Source: a virus (Duplodnaviria; Caudoviricetes). Taken from it: 64,000 nt of DNA. The notes beneath the pieces were generated by a model, which was not told where the DNA came from, did not search any database, and worked only from the letters and a program-made list of their open reading frames with translations. Shown piece after piece: positions 9,879 to 19,953 of this stretch. Made by a program: the position numbers and the translations under genes. The stretch lies in the IMG/VR virus record IMGVR_UViG_3300017990_000017, positions 737-64,736 of that record. One strand, 5' to 3'. How positions within the stretch are numbered: position 1 is the stretch's first letter; every line of letters begins with the position of its first letter.

Positions 9879-12800
9879 ATGGCCGGCAACCAGACAGACA
9901 ACCTGACACTGCTCGATCTCACGACGGGGCTCATTCGCACCGTTGAGACGGGTGGCACCCCAGACACCATTCAGCTCTCCACCGATTTCGAGCTCATTAC
10001 GGGCGCGAACATGTTGGTGGACGGGAACTTGATCGTCAACGGAACGACCACCACGGTCAACTCCGAACAGGTCAATATCCGTGACAACCACCTGTACCTG
10101 AACGCGGACTACACGACCACGGTCGCCCAGACGGGTGGCATCGTCGTGAACGTCCTGCCGACGGCGACCGCCGACACCATCGCGGGCACTTTCGTGGCTG
10201 GTGTTCCTGCGGTGTCGAACCCGACCGTGCAGACGACGGGTACTGGTACGTTCGCGGCTGGCGACATCGTCCAGATTGCCGGTTCGAACCTGGATGACAA
10301 CGACGGCATCTTCGAGGTGTTGAGCCACGTCGGCACGACCCTCACGATCCGTGGTGTTGGTGTGACAGGCGCGACCGTCCCTTGGGTGGTCAACGACTTC
10401 ACGGCGGATGCTACCGCCGGTGGTGACATCCGCATTGTCAACGTCAACGTCCTCGAGGGCGACTCGAGCGGAAACTGGCAGACCGCCACGACCACGACGA
10501 CCACGGGGCTGACGTACAACACGTTCACGACTCAGGGCACTGTCGATCTTCAAGAGGCGTACGTCCAGGGCAACACGATCACGACCTCGGGTGCTGAGGG
10601 CAACGTGGTCATCGCCGGCACCGAGCTTCTGAGCATCACGGCTGCTGGCGGTATCGACCTCGATACCGTCTTCGATGCTGATGTGACGACTTTCGATGTC
10701 CAGATGACGGGCACGAACGGCTTCAGCATCGACGGTACTGCTGCGTCGAACGTCGGCGTCACGGCTGGTGACCTGACGCTGTCCACGACCACGTCGGGCA
10801 ACATCATCGCTTCGTCGGCGGCTGCGTTGGACGTGGACGCTGCGACCTCGATGACGTTCGACACCGCGAACGCTGCTGACGCTTCGGGCAACGACATCAC
10901 CTTCACCGCCGGCTCTTCGACGGGCGGCACCGCTGGTGGTGCTTCCATCGTCCTCACTCCTGGTGACGGCAACACGACCGGTGTGGCCGGTTTCGTGGAC
11001 ATCACGTCTCCGGCCGACGAGGACGAGGTCCTGCTTCAGATCGCGTCCACCGGCACCAACGGCAACACGGTCGGGTTCTTCACCGGTACTTCGGTTCCGA
11101 CTGGTGTGGTCACGGCGGATGCGGGTTCTCTGTTCTTCCGGGATACGGGATCGGGAGCGGAGGCTTACCTCAACACTTCGACTGGTTCGGGCACGACCTG
11201 GACGCAGCTTGCGGCTGGTGGCGGCAACAGCCTTCAGCAGGCGTACGAGGCTGGGAACACGATCGTCACTGATGCCACGAATGGGCCGTTCGATGTTTCG
11301 GGAACTCAGGCCATCAGCTTGGATGCGGGTCTTGCGTCGAACTTTTCGGTAGCCGGCGCGAACTTGACGCTCGAGACTACCACCAGTGGCAACCTGACCG
11401 TTGCTGCGGCGGACGTCTTGGCCCTTTCGGCAGGAGATGAGGTGGCTGCGGCCGGTAACGCCGTCACCGTTGATGCTGGTGATGGCGGTGGCGCCAACAA
11501 CGGTGGTGCCGTCAGCCTCACAGGAGGTAACTCTGGAGCGGGTGCCACGGGTAATGGCGGCAATGTCAACATCTCTGCGGGTGATGCTCTCTCCACCAAT
11601 GGTGACGGAGGCGTCATCGCTCTTGATGTGGGTGCCAACACGGGTACTGGCATCCAGGGATTCGTGGACATCGTTGGAGACAACAACGAGGACGAAGCAC
11701 TGGTCCGACTGTCGACGACAGGGACCAACGGCGATTCGGTCCAGTTCTTTGTTGGTGACAGCGATCCGAGCGGCACCATCACGGGTCTCGCGGGGTCGCT
11801 CTTCTTCCGAGACACGGGCGCGGGTGCTGAGCTCTACCTGAACACCTCAACGGGTTCCGGGACCACTTGGACGGAGCTTTCCACGGGTGGTGTTGTCACT
11901 CTCCAGAATGCGTACGAGAACGGCAACACGATCGTTACCGACGCTACGAACGGACCGTTCGACGTTTCGGGAACTCAAGCCATCTCTCTTGATGCTTCTC
12001 TCGCTTCGAACTTCACCGTTGCCGGTGCCAACCTCAGTTTGGGCACCACTACATCGGGCGATGTTCTGGTCGATTCGGCAGGGTTGCTCGAGCTCAACTC
12101 CTCGGGTGGTGCGATCAACATCGGCAACGACGCCAACACCGGTGCCATCAACATCGGCACGGGCGCTGCGGCTCGTACTCTCACGATGGGTAACGCCACG
12201 GGCGCTACCTCGGTGAACTTCGACTCGGGTACCGGGGCCTTCACCTTCGATTCGACGGTGGCTGAGACGGCTGCTCTGATGACGCTGACGACCACCGGTA
12301 TCAACGGTGACTCGGTCAACTTCTTCGTCGGCGACAGCGATCCTAGCGGCACCGTGACGGGTCTGGCGGGCTCGCTGTTCTTCCGTGATACGGGCACGAC
12401 CGGTGAGGTCTACATCAACACCTCGACTGGCTCGGGCACCACGTGGGCTCAGGTGGCGACGGGCGGATCGGTTACGCTCCAGAACGCCTACGAGGGTGGA
12501 AACACCATCACGACGGACACCACGAACGGTGACTTCGATGTCTCCGGCACGGAGGCCATCAGCCTCGATGCTTCGGCTGCTTCGAACTTCTCGGTCGCAG
12601 GCGCCAACCTGACGCTCGAGACCACCACGTCGGGCACCGTGGATATCACGTCGGCGGATGACATCCAGATGACGTTCGAGACCAACAACGCCACGGCGAT
12701 GGTCATCGATGACGGAACCAACAACTTCCTGACGTTCGATTCGACGACGGGAAGCCAGGCTGTTGAGGTCAACCAATTCCTCGACATCACGGGCAGCGGT

Positions 12801-13199
12801 TCGGGCATTACTCTGACGGCCGGCACTGCCATCACGGCCGGTGCTCTGGTGACCATCGAAGACACGACGGGCGACGCCATCCTGGCTGATTCCAACACGG
12901 GTACCAGTATTGACGGTCTTTGCATCGGTATCGCGGCTGAGGGGGCGGCGGCTGCTGCTGATGTGAAGGTCTACACCGTGCCGGGTGCTCTGGTGCCGGT
13001 GAACTTCGCGGCGGCTCCGGCTGCCGCTCGTAACGGTGATCCGGTGTACGTCAGCCAGACGGCCGGTGTTGCCACCATGACGCCTCCGACCGGATCGGGC
13101 AACGTCGTCTACGTGGTCGGCATCCTTCAAGGCGCGGACGGTGCAGACACGAGCCCGCTTGTTGTGTACCAGCCGCAGTTCATCGCGATCCGCCCGTAG
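9879..13199 (+). CDS. Long fibre protein (1106 aa), probable head fibre
   Basis: GNLIVNGTTTTVNS fibre motif, four LQxAY modules, three FF(V/T)G..PxG..FFRDTG modules, and a C-terminal cement-like domain. Confidence 0.7.
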   Translation: MAGNQTDNLTLLDLTTGLIRTVETGGTPDTIQLSTDFELITGANMLVDGNLIVNGTTTTVNSEQVNIRDNHLYLNADYTTTVAQTGGIVVNVLPTATADTIAGTFVAGVPAVSNPTVQTTGTGTFAAGDIVQIAGSNLDDNDGIFEVLSHVGTTLTIRGVGVTGATVPWVVNDFTADATAGGDIRIVNVNVLEGDSSGNWQTATTTTTTGLTYNTFTTQGTVDLQEAYVQGNTITTSGAEGNVVIAGTELLSITAAGGIDLDTVFDADVTTFDVQMTGTNGFSIDGTAASNVGVTAGDLTLSTTTSGNIIASSAAALDVDAATSMTFDTANAADASGNDITFTAGSSTGGTAGGASIVLTPGDGNTTGVAGFVDITSPADEDEVLLQIASTGTNGNTVGFFTGTSVPTGVVTADAGSLFFRDTGSGAEAYLNTSTGSGTTWTQLAAGGGNSLQQAYEAGNTIVTDATNGPFDVSGTQAISLDAGLASNFSVAGANLTLETTTSGNLTVAAADVLALSAGDEVAAAGNAVTVDAGDGGGANNGGAVSLTGGNSGAGATGNGGNVNISAGDALSTNGDGGVIALDVGANTGTGIQGFVDIVGDNNEDEALVRLSTTGTNGDSVQFFVGDSDPSGTITGLAGSLFFRDTGAGAELYLNTSTGSGTTWTELSTGGVVTLQNAYENGNTIVTDATNGPFDVSGTQAISLDASLASNFTVAGANLSLGTTTSGDVLVDSAGLLELNSSGGAINIGNDANTGAINIGTGAAARTLTMGNATGATSVNFDSGTGAFTFDSTVAETAALMTLTTTGINGDSVNFFVGDSDPSGTVTGLAGSLFFRDTGTTGEVYINTSTGSGTTWAQVATGGSVTLQNAYEGGNTITTDTTNGDFDVSGTEAISLDASAASNFSVAGANLTLETTTSGTVDITSADDIQMTFETNNATAMVIDDGTNNFLTFDSTTGSQAVEVNQFLDITGSGSGITLTAGTAITAGALVTIEDTTGDAILADSNTGTSIDGLCIGIAAEGAAAAADVKVYTVPGALVPVNFAAAPAAARNGDPVYVSQTAGVATMTPPTGSGNVVYVVGILQGADGADTSPLVVYQPQFIAIRP

Positions 13200-13210
13200 G
13201 AGCATGAAAC

Positions 13211-13423
13211 ATGAAAGTCCAACTCACAGTCGAGCTTGAGGTCGAGCCCGAAAAGGAGCTCGACAACAAAGAGATGGCCAACGCCACCGGGATGATGGTC
13301 CGTCAAGTTCGTAACCGCCTGAACGCCTTGGTGGGATGCCGTCTTGGTGGCGAAAAGCGGGCTGTGGGTTGGGAGGTTCATGTCAAGAACGTTGAGGTGA
13401 AAGCCCCCAGCAAGGTGAAGTAA
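13211..13423 (+). CDS. Small hypothetical protein
   Basis: 70 aa with AGGAG RBS; fills the gap between fibre genes. Confidence 0.55.
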   Translation: MKVQLTVELEVEPEKELDNKEMANATGMMVRQVRNRLNALVGCRLGGEKRAVGWEVHVKNVEVKAPSKVK

Positions 13424-13429
13424 GCCTCT

Positions 13430-15778
13430 ATGGCCAACCAGATCGACAACCTCACACTGAACGACGACACCACGGGGTTTATCCGAACCGTCAACGTGGC
13501 GTCGGATGATCTGTTTTTGTCGGTCGATCTCACCCTCCAAAGCGGCGCCGTTTTCGAGGCCGACAACATTAAGCGTGGATCTGGGTCTCCTCAAGGCTCT
13601 GTTGCGGGCAATGAGGGTGACTTGTTCCTCCGTACAGACGCTTCTACGGGGCGTCTGTACGTCAATACGGATGGCACAGTCAACGGTTGGGAGGAAACCG
13701 TCATCCCCTCCACGTTGGTGCAACCGGGCGTCAACTCGGTCGTGTTGGTTAGCGGATCGACAGCCACGGCTTATGGGACAATCTCTGCGGCGTTGGCAGC
13801 CTCTATCGCGGGAGATACGGTTGTTCTCGGGCCCGGTTCTTTCGCTGAATCTTTCACTATCCCAACACAGGTTCGTGTTCAGGGAGCTTATGGAGCAGGC
13901 CGCAGTCAGATTACAGGAACTGCGGCTACCGGTGTAAGGATTACTCTTTCGGATGAGTCTTCGCTCTTCCAAGTGCTCGTCACGCAGCCGACGAACGCGG
14001 TGGCAGCCATCGCTTACAGTTCGGCCGGGCAGGCACGGGTTAGTGATGTTCTCCTCCAAGGCACGGGTGGTTTTGGCCATGGTGTCGAAAACTCCGGAGC
14101 GGGCACGCTTACGGTCGACCGTACCCAGTACGTCGGAGGTGCGGGCAACACGATTTTCCGCCAAGCTTCGGGCGGCGGGGAAATGCGCCTCACGAGGTGC
14201 CTGATTGACGCGGGCACCATTTCTAACGGCATCTTGGTGAACAGCGGCTCTTTGCGCTTTCAGGATGTCAGCATCTTGAGCGGTGCTACGACGACCACTG
14301 GTCTTTCGGTTGGAGCTGCTACGGTCACCGGAGATGTCTTGGACATTGAGGGACCCACTACAGCGGTGTCGATTACCGCAAACGGGCACAATATCTCGTT
14401 CCGCAGTGGTCGGACGAACGGCGGCACCTTGGACTTCAACGTCAACCCTGCGGTGACTACGGGTACACTGCATGTGCTCAACTTTGAGGCATCTCGCAAC
14501 AAGTTCTCTGTGCCCGGCGCATACTTGGCGAATGCTGATGTCGTCATCAGCTACCAAGACGATAACGACATCAGCGACAACGCTTATCGTTTCATCTCCG
14601 AGCTTGCTGTGGGCATCCCCGAACGCGGGCGGGAGTCCGTGTTCGGGGAGGGCGACAGTTATACTCGAGGGATGGTCGTGTTTACGACCGACTCCACGGC
14701 CAGTTCCGTGTCCGACGGCGGTAACTTCATCAATGTGTCCGCTGCGGCTGCATCCCCTACCGGAAGTACTTTTTCGTTTCAAGGCACCGCAGCTAACCAC
14801 ACGATCTTGGTCGGGTCGGTCCTGTCGGACGGCGTCGATGTGCTCAAGCACTGGGGCTGGAAGATCGCGAACACCACGGCAACCTCCGGCGGGACGTACG
14901 TGTTCGAGATCTGGGACGGGGCCGCGTGGGTCGAGATCGGGGCCATGGCCACGCATTCGAGCCTGTTCCACAGGTATGCGAACACGTTTTTCCTGCGCGC
15001 CAACAGCAGCGAGCACGTCCGTTTCGGCATCGAAGACGACACCACTTGGGCGACTAAAACCATCAACACCGTAACGGCTTATTGGGCTAGAGTTCGTATT
15101 GAATCGGCTGCTACGACTGTCCCCGTTTTCCAGCAGTTCAAACTCTCCACGAACCGAACCGAACTCAACGAGGACGGCACCAAAACGGCTCATGGTCGAG
15201 CGCGGTCCAGAAAAACCGTCGTGAGTTCGGGCAATATTTTCGGCGAGTCCGGCGGGGTGACCAGCGGCACTTTGTTCGTGGGAGCTGGGGGACTACCCAC
15301 GGGGTGGGCCCACAACATCAAAAACTCGATTCTGAACGGCAATGGTGACGCTGTCTATTTCCAGTTTAATCTGCCTCGAGGCATTGATACGAGTTTTCCG
15401 CTCCGACTCGTTGTCACGTATGTCACCAATACCAACACGACTCCGGTACAGATGATCTGGTCTTTTTTGGGGCAAGCTTCAAGCGGAGTGCTCGTTGCCG
15501 ATCCTGCCGGAGGCATCACACCTGTCCCCAGGTCCGACGCGAACACCCCTACCCTGACTTCTACTGCGGGGCAGGTCATCACTTTTAACTTGCCTCAGAC
15601 TTCTATCAATAAGTCCCACACGTCGACTCAGGATGGGTTTGATATCTCAGAGTTGTACGAGGGCGACATGGGGTTTGTGCGTTTGGAACTGGACGATGAT
15701 GGCCCCGGCAATACGGATGTCCTCGTGCTGTCTGTCGAGATCGACGCCGTCTTCTGGACGGAAGGGGAGAAGCTCTAA
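13430..15778 (+). CDS. Fibre/spike-like protein with probable beta-helix region
   Basis: N-terminus homologous to the 9879 gene (NQxDNLTL.D.TTG.IRTV). Contains GSGSPQGSVAGNEGDLFLRTD and YGTISAALAA..GDTVVLGPGSFAE, which resembles a beta-helix cap. Confidence 0.6.
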   Translation: MANQIDNLTLNDDTTGFIRTVNVASDDLFLSVDLTLQSGAVFEADNIKRGSGSPQGSVAGNEGDLFLRTDASTGRLYVNTDGTVNGWEETVIPSTLVQPGVNSVVLVSGSTATAYGTISAALAASIAGDTVVLGPGSFAESFTIPTQVRVQGAYGAGRSQITGTAATGVRITLSDESSLFQVLVTQPTNAVAAIAYSSAGQARVSDVLLQGTGGFGHGVENSGAGTLTVDRTQYVGGAGNTIFRQASGGGEMRLTRCLIDAGTISNGILVNSGSLRFQDVSILSGATTTTGLSVGAATVTGDVLDIEGPTTAVSITANGHNISFRSGRTNGGTLDFNVNPAVTTGTLHVLNFEASRNKFSVPGAYLANADVVISYQDDNDISDNAYRFISELAVGIPERGRESVFGEGDSYTRGMVVFTTDSTASSVSDGGNFINVSAAAASPTGSTFSFQGTAANHTILVGSVLSDGVDVLKHWGWKIANTTATSGGTYVFEIWDGAAWVEIGAMATHSSLFHRYANTFFLRANSSEHVRFGIEDDTTWATKTINTVTAYWARVRIESAATTVPVFQQFKLSTNRTELNEDGTKTAHGRARSRKTVVSSGNIFGESGGVTSGTLFVGAGGLPTGWAHNIKNSILNGNGDAVYFQFNLPRGIDTSFPLRLVVTYVTNTNTTPVQMIWSFLGQASSGVLVADPAGGITPVPRSDANTPTLTSTAGQVITFNLPQTSINKSHTSTQDGFDISELYEGDMGFVRLELDDDGPGNTDVLVLSVEIDAVFWTEGEKL

Positions 15779-16686
15779 TGGCCGGCGTTGTCAATGTCCT
15801 TTTCACCCAAAGCTTTACCGCCACCGACTCGGTTGTGGTGAACCATAATCTGGGATACGGGGACTGGGGAGTCAGAGTCATCGTCAGCGAAGAGGTTCAG
15901 AATGACCTCATCGAAGACATGGTGCCGGACGGGCTCAACCCCTTTAACTCGGTCACCATCAATCTCACCGCCGTCGTGACCGGGCGCATCCAGATTGTCA
16001 GCCTCGACACAACACCCGCAACCTACATACCTCCGGATGTCCTTCAATCGGTTCTCACGGGAGGCGTCGTCGCCCCCGTTGGGACGCCTTCTACCGGAGA
16101 TCTTCTCTACTACGATGGCGCCGAGTGGGTTCGCCTCAGTCTCGGCACCGAAGGCCAGGTCCTGACCGCAGGTGCGTCTGACCCGCAGTGGGCGGGGCCC
16201 AAGAGGTACTCAAATTCGGCGACCGACCCCGTCAGTCCGGCCCCGGCCGAGGGCGACACCTACTACAACACCTCGCTTCAGATGCAGATGCAGTACGACG
16301 GGTCGCGGTCGAAGTGGCTGTCCGTGGAGTCCGCGACCTTCGGGTTCGGCCGTAACGGGAATCTGTTCCCTGCTGGAACCTATTTGAGGGCGATCAATGG
16401 CATGGTCACGAGCGCCACGGAGGGGTATGACGCGCTGTACAACGGAACGGTTGTGGGTGTCACTATCCGGCGTTCGACCCAAAGCGTGGCTGAGTATGCT
16501 GTTGTTGCGTCTGGCACGGACATCGCTACATTGGCTTTCCCTAACCTCATTTTTGGGGTGCGCACGACCACAGCCAACGGTGACTTTGCCCAGGGAAGTG
16601 TCCTGGCGGCTCGCCTTGTTTCGGACGCTGTGACGCCCGAGTTTGACGTGCAGATGTTTGTGCGTATCCGCTGGAGGGCCACCTGA
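15778..16686 (+). CDS. Fibre protein
   Basis: Shaft motifs GDLLYYDGAEWVRL..GQVLT and PAEGDTYYNT..YDG..W; overlapping stop/start with neighbours. Confidence 0.6.
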   Translation: MAGVVNVLFTQSFTATDSVVVNHNLGYGDWGVRVIVSEEVQNDLIEDMVPDGLNPFNSVTINLTAVVTGRIQIVSLDTTPATYIPPDVLQSVLTGGVVAPVGTPSTGDLLYYDGAEWVRLSLGTEGQVLTAGASDPQWAGPKRYSNSATDPVSPAPAEGDTYYNTSLQMQMQYDGSRSKWLSVESATFGFGRNGNLFPAGTYLRAINGMVTSATEGYDALYNGTVVGVTIRRSTQSVAEYAVVASGTDIATLAFPNLIFGVRTTTANGDFAQGSVLAARLVSDAVTPEFDVQMFVRIRWRAT

Positions 16687-17336
16687 TGCCGATTCCGACC
16701 ATCGCAATCCAGAACCTTAGTGGGGCCATCCTTAATTTGCCGCGTCTTGGGCTTTCCGTGCCACTGGCGGGCTCCATCACGTTGACGGACTCTTTGTTCG
16801 TTTACGAGATTCTCAGTGACCCGGGGCTACATGAGGCGCTGGACGCAGGCTCTCTCGGACTGACCATTGATGGCGTGGCGGCGTCAAGCGCGGCGCTTTC
16901 GCCGACTAGCCCGACCGTTGATGCGTTTTCCGCAGTAGATCAGACTGGCGGCCAGCAGTTTACGGGCAGCACCATCGTGGTGAACCTGAACGTGGAGCGG
17001 TTTACGTCTTCTGCCACATACACTTTGGCTGGCGATGAGGTGACGGTCAACGAGGATGGCCGGTATTTGGTTTCTTTCACGACTTCGGTGTTCTTGGTCA
17101 GCGGTAGTCGTACGCAAGCTGCTAGTTACCTCGACATCAACAACGGGTTCACGCTTGGCACACGTGGCGAAATGTATGTGCGTCAGGCGCCATACGGTGC
17201 CTCTGCGTCGCACGTATTTCCTGTGAATCTGTCGGCTGGGGACACCTTGAGGCTTCGGGCTGTGCGCACCGTGGGCTGGGGTACCGTTCAGATGCAACCC
17301 AGTGGCTCTGGTTTGAGCCTGGTGAAGATCGGGTAG
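16686..17336 (+). CDS. C1q/TNF-like (BclA-C-like) jelly-roll domain protein
   Basis: VTVNEDGRYLVSF...VNLSAGDTLRL..LSLVKIG pattern. Confidence 0.55.
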   Translation: MPIPTIAIQNLSGAILNLPRLGLSVPLAGSITLTDSLFVYEILSDPGLHEALDAGSLGLTIDGVAASSAALSPTSPTVDAFSAVDQTGGQQFTGSTIVVNLNVERFTSSATYTLAGDEVTVNEDGRYLVSFTTSVFLVSGSRTQAASYLDINNGFTLGTRGEMYVRQAPYGASASHVFPVNLSAGDTLRLRAVRTVGWGTVQMQPSGSGLSLVKIG

Positions 17337-17340
17337 TGCG

Positions 17341-18243
17341 ATGGCTGTTGAGGAATTTTCGATTTCAGGTGATACGCTCAACGGAACCGTGGATGCAGGC
17401 TCCCTGCACACACAGGTAGCCGCTACCTTTGCGAGCCTTGTGGGCGTTTCAACAAGCCCCACAGGGGGGGACACTCTGTACATCGAGTTTGAACCCGAGT
17501 TGGATGCGGGGGAAAAGGTAACGCTGGCTGCGATTGTCGGGGCCCATACGGGCGAGCCTGTTGATGACTTCCTTGACGATGAGACGGGTTGGAACATCAC
17601 GGTCGAAAATCGTGATTTGACAAGCCCCCCAGGCTCGCCGAACACCAGCCACTACTACATCGTGGGCGCGTCGGCGACAGGTGAGTGGGCGAGCCACGAC
17701 AACGCGGTGGCTCGGTGGAACGGGACCAACTGGCAGTTTCAGATCCCTGCTTCGGGGTTCGCCGTCTACATCAAGGACGAGGGCGAGGTCGTTGTGTGGG
17801 ACGGCTCCTCGTGGGGAGAGCTCGGAAGCTCCGCGCAGGTTGTTTTCGGGAATCACTTCCAGTCCGCGCAAAGTCCCAGTATCTCAACGACCACGAGTAC
17901 TCGTTGGCAACCCAAAGTGAAGTTGACGACTGGCACGCTCGAGGCAGGCACATACATCCTCCTGGTGAGCTATGGGTGGTCCATGGACTCCACCTCAAGC
18001 GACTTCGAGGCGCGCGTCCTACAGGGGGACACGGATATTGGACAACACCACGTGCAGGAGCCCACGGTTTCAAAGAAATCGTTCGAATCCACCGGAACCG
18101 ACCAGCGTCACTACGCCTCGCGTCATTTTGTCCTGAGCCTCAGTCAGGGCTCATACACCTACCACCTGCAACACCGATCGGGTCGGGCCGGGTCCGAGTC
18201 GTCCATGTGGGACGCCACCCTGAGTTTTTGGAGAGTGATCTAA
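17341..18243 (+). CDS. Structural protein with DUF2793-like domain
   Basis: LTSPPGSP..YIVGASATGEWASHDNAVARW....WQF..P..G..VYIKDE...VWDGSSW. N-domain shared with the next two genes. Confidence 0.6.
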   Translation: MAVEEFSISGDTLNGTVDAGSLHTQVAATFASLVGVSTSPTGGDTLYIEFEPELDAGEKVTLAAIVGAHTGEPVDDFLDDETGWNITVENRDLTSPPGSPNTSHYYIVGASATGEWASHDNAVARWNGTNWQFQIPASGFAVYIKDEGEVVVWDGSSWGELGSSAQVVFGNHFQSAQSPSISTTTSTRWQPKVKLTTGTLEAGTYILLVSYGWSMDSTSSDFEARVLQGDTDIGQHHVQEPTVSKKSFESTGTDQRHYASRHFVLSLSQGSYTYHLQHRSGRAGSESSMWDATLSFWRVI

Positions 18244-18244
18244 G

Positions 18245-19348
18245 ATGGCCATCGTCAAGTACAATTTCAGCATCGCGGACGACACGCTGAACGGGGCGGT
18301 CGCCCCTCGCAACCTCGACGCAGAGATCCGAGCGGACCTCATGATCACGAAGGAGCTCGCCGGAGTCACCGTGGCCGGCGAAGATCTCTACGTCGATTTT
18401 CTCGCAGCACTCGACATGGCCGAGGAGGCGGCGCTTGACGCGGTCGTCGCGGCCCACGACGGGGTCCCCACGATCAGGGGTCCGGGCCAGTACACCTCTG
18501 CGGGCGTGCCTTTCACGATGCCTGCCTGGCGCGAGGGCAACCCGACGGACTTCATGTCTCATAACTGGTGCGACAAAACGACCTGGTACACCATGTCGAG
18601 CCGGGTCGTGAACGAGGTTCTGACGGAGAACAGTGCGACCGAGTTCGCCTCCGCCAACCCCTACTGGATCGACGTCACGCACGGGAAAATCACCCAGGAG
18701 TACAGGCTTTACGACTCCTACTACGTTGCCGTCACCGTGGACGACGTGGCGATGACCGAAAGTTCCCCCGACACCACGGATGGGGACTACCAGGTCGACT
18801 ACGAGACCGGCGTCGTCACGTTCAACTCGAGCCAGTCCGGCAAGACAGTCAAGGCCACGTACAGCTACGCCACCACCTCCGATTTTTTTGTTGAGCCGAA
18901 CCCGGGGACTAAACTGCGCTTCACCGCCGTTGAGGCGCAGTTCTCGACGGACCTGGTGCTCACGGACACGGTCATCTTCGACTTTGAGGGTTACGTGCAG
19001 TACTACGCCCCCCAACTGGTCAACGACGTCAACCCGGACTACGTGACATCCTTCCCGACGGGCACGCGCATCCCGCTCGGCTACCGACGCGAGTACAAGA
19101 CTATGTACGACTACATCGCCGAGGCTCAGCGAGCCTACCCGGAGATCCCGGCTCTCGGCGGTCCCGGGTGGCGAGGTCTCCAGAACCCGATCCAGGTCTA
19201 CCGCTGGCCGTACCAGGAGGACGCCACTCGAGACATCGACTCCGCCTCTGGCATGAGGATTCGGATCAAGCTGTCTAGCGACGTTCCCTACGGCGGAAGC
19301 AAGGCATCCGTCACCCTCTACTCGATCAGCACCAACAGTGAGTTTTGA
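18245..19348 (+). CDS. Structural protein (shared N-domain family)
   Basis: N-terminus FSIADDTLNGAV..LDAVVAAHDG.P; internal DYQVDYETGVVTF motif. Confidence 0.55.
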   Translation: MAIVKYNFSIADDTLNGAVAPRNLDAEIRADLMITKELAGVTVAGEDLYVDFLAALDMAEEAALDAVVAAHDGVPTIRGPGQYTSAGVPFTMPAWREGNPTDFMSHNWCDKTTWYTMSSRVVNEVLTENSATEFASANPYWIDVTHGKITQEYRLYDSYYVAVTVDDVAMTESSPDTTDGDYQVDYETGVVTFNSSQSGKTVKATYSYATTSDFFVEPNPGTKLRFTAVEAQFSTDLVLTDTVIFDFEGYVQYYAPQLVNDVNPDYVTSFPTGTRIPLGYRREYKTMYDYIAEAQRAYPEIPALGGPGWRGLQNPIQVYRWPYQEDATRDIDSASGMRIRIKLSSDVPYGGSKASVTLYSISTNSEF

Positions 19349-19953
19349 GCGAACCCATGGCGAGTTACAATTACAGTCTCCAGAACGACTTCCCCAACCA
19401 GGCTGTTGACCTTACAGTCCTCACCGTCGAGATCGAGAACTCGAGCATCGCGGAGGTGCTTCAAGGCATCAGTCTCGATGGCGACGATGTCGACATCGAG
19501 TTCGTCTCGACGCTTTCGTCAGGGGATCAGACGACTCTCGACGGCATCGTCGCCAATCACCAGGGCATCCCCTTCAACAATGACCCTCAGCGTGTTAATG
19601 TCATCGCCGCGCAGACCAACGGCACCCCGACGCCGCAGACCGCCGCCGTCCTGAACGCCGAGCCCATCGGCACGCTCCGGTACCAGCTCGGATTCTACTG
19701 CGAGCTCCGACTCCAGAACAACACCAACAACGGACAGGCTCGGTTCTCCGTTCTTGTGGACGGGCAGGAGGTCGCCAGCGGTGGGGTAGAGGGTGTCGGA
19801 TTCTTCGATGCCCGCAGCGGCAGCCTCGTGATCAACACGAGTCGTGGGTCATCTCCGGTCGTTGAGCTTCAGTTCTCTCGACAGGGTCAGACCGACGTCG
19901 CTGTGATCCGTCGAGTGCGGCTCTCCCTGGTGCCCCTTTTCGGAGACGAGTAG
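19345..19953 (+). CDS. Structural protein (shared N-domain family); start may be the ATG at 19357
   Basis: N-terminus YSLQNDFPNQAVD..LDGIVANHQGIP is homologous to the two preceding genes. Confidence 0.55.
   Translation: MSEPMASYNYSLQNDFPNQAVDLTVLTVEIENSSIAEVLQGISLDGDDVDIEFVSTLSSGDQTTLDGIVANHQGIPFNNDPQRVNVIAAQTNGTPTPQTAAVLNAEPIGTLRYQLGFYCELRLQNNTNNGQARFSVLVDGQEVASGGVEGVGFFDARSGSLVINTSRGSSPVVELQFSRQGQTDVAVIRRVRLSLVPLFGDE

Noticed and set aside
7480-12640. Repeated segments in the fibre genes as possible DGR template/variable repeats
   Set aside because: In the copies compared, differences are mostly synonymous and not adenine-specific, all copies are in-frame coding modules, and there is no reverse transcriptase in the window.
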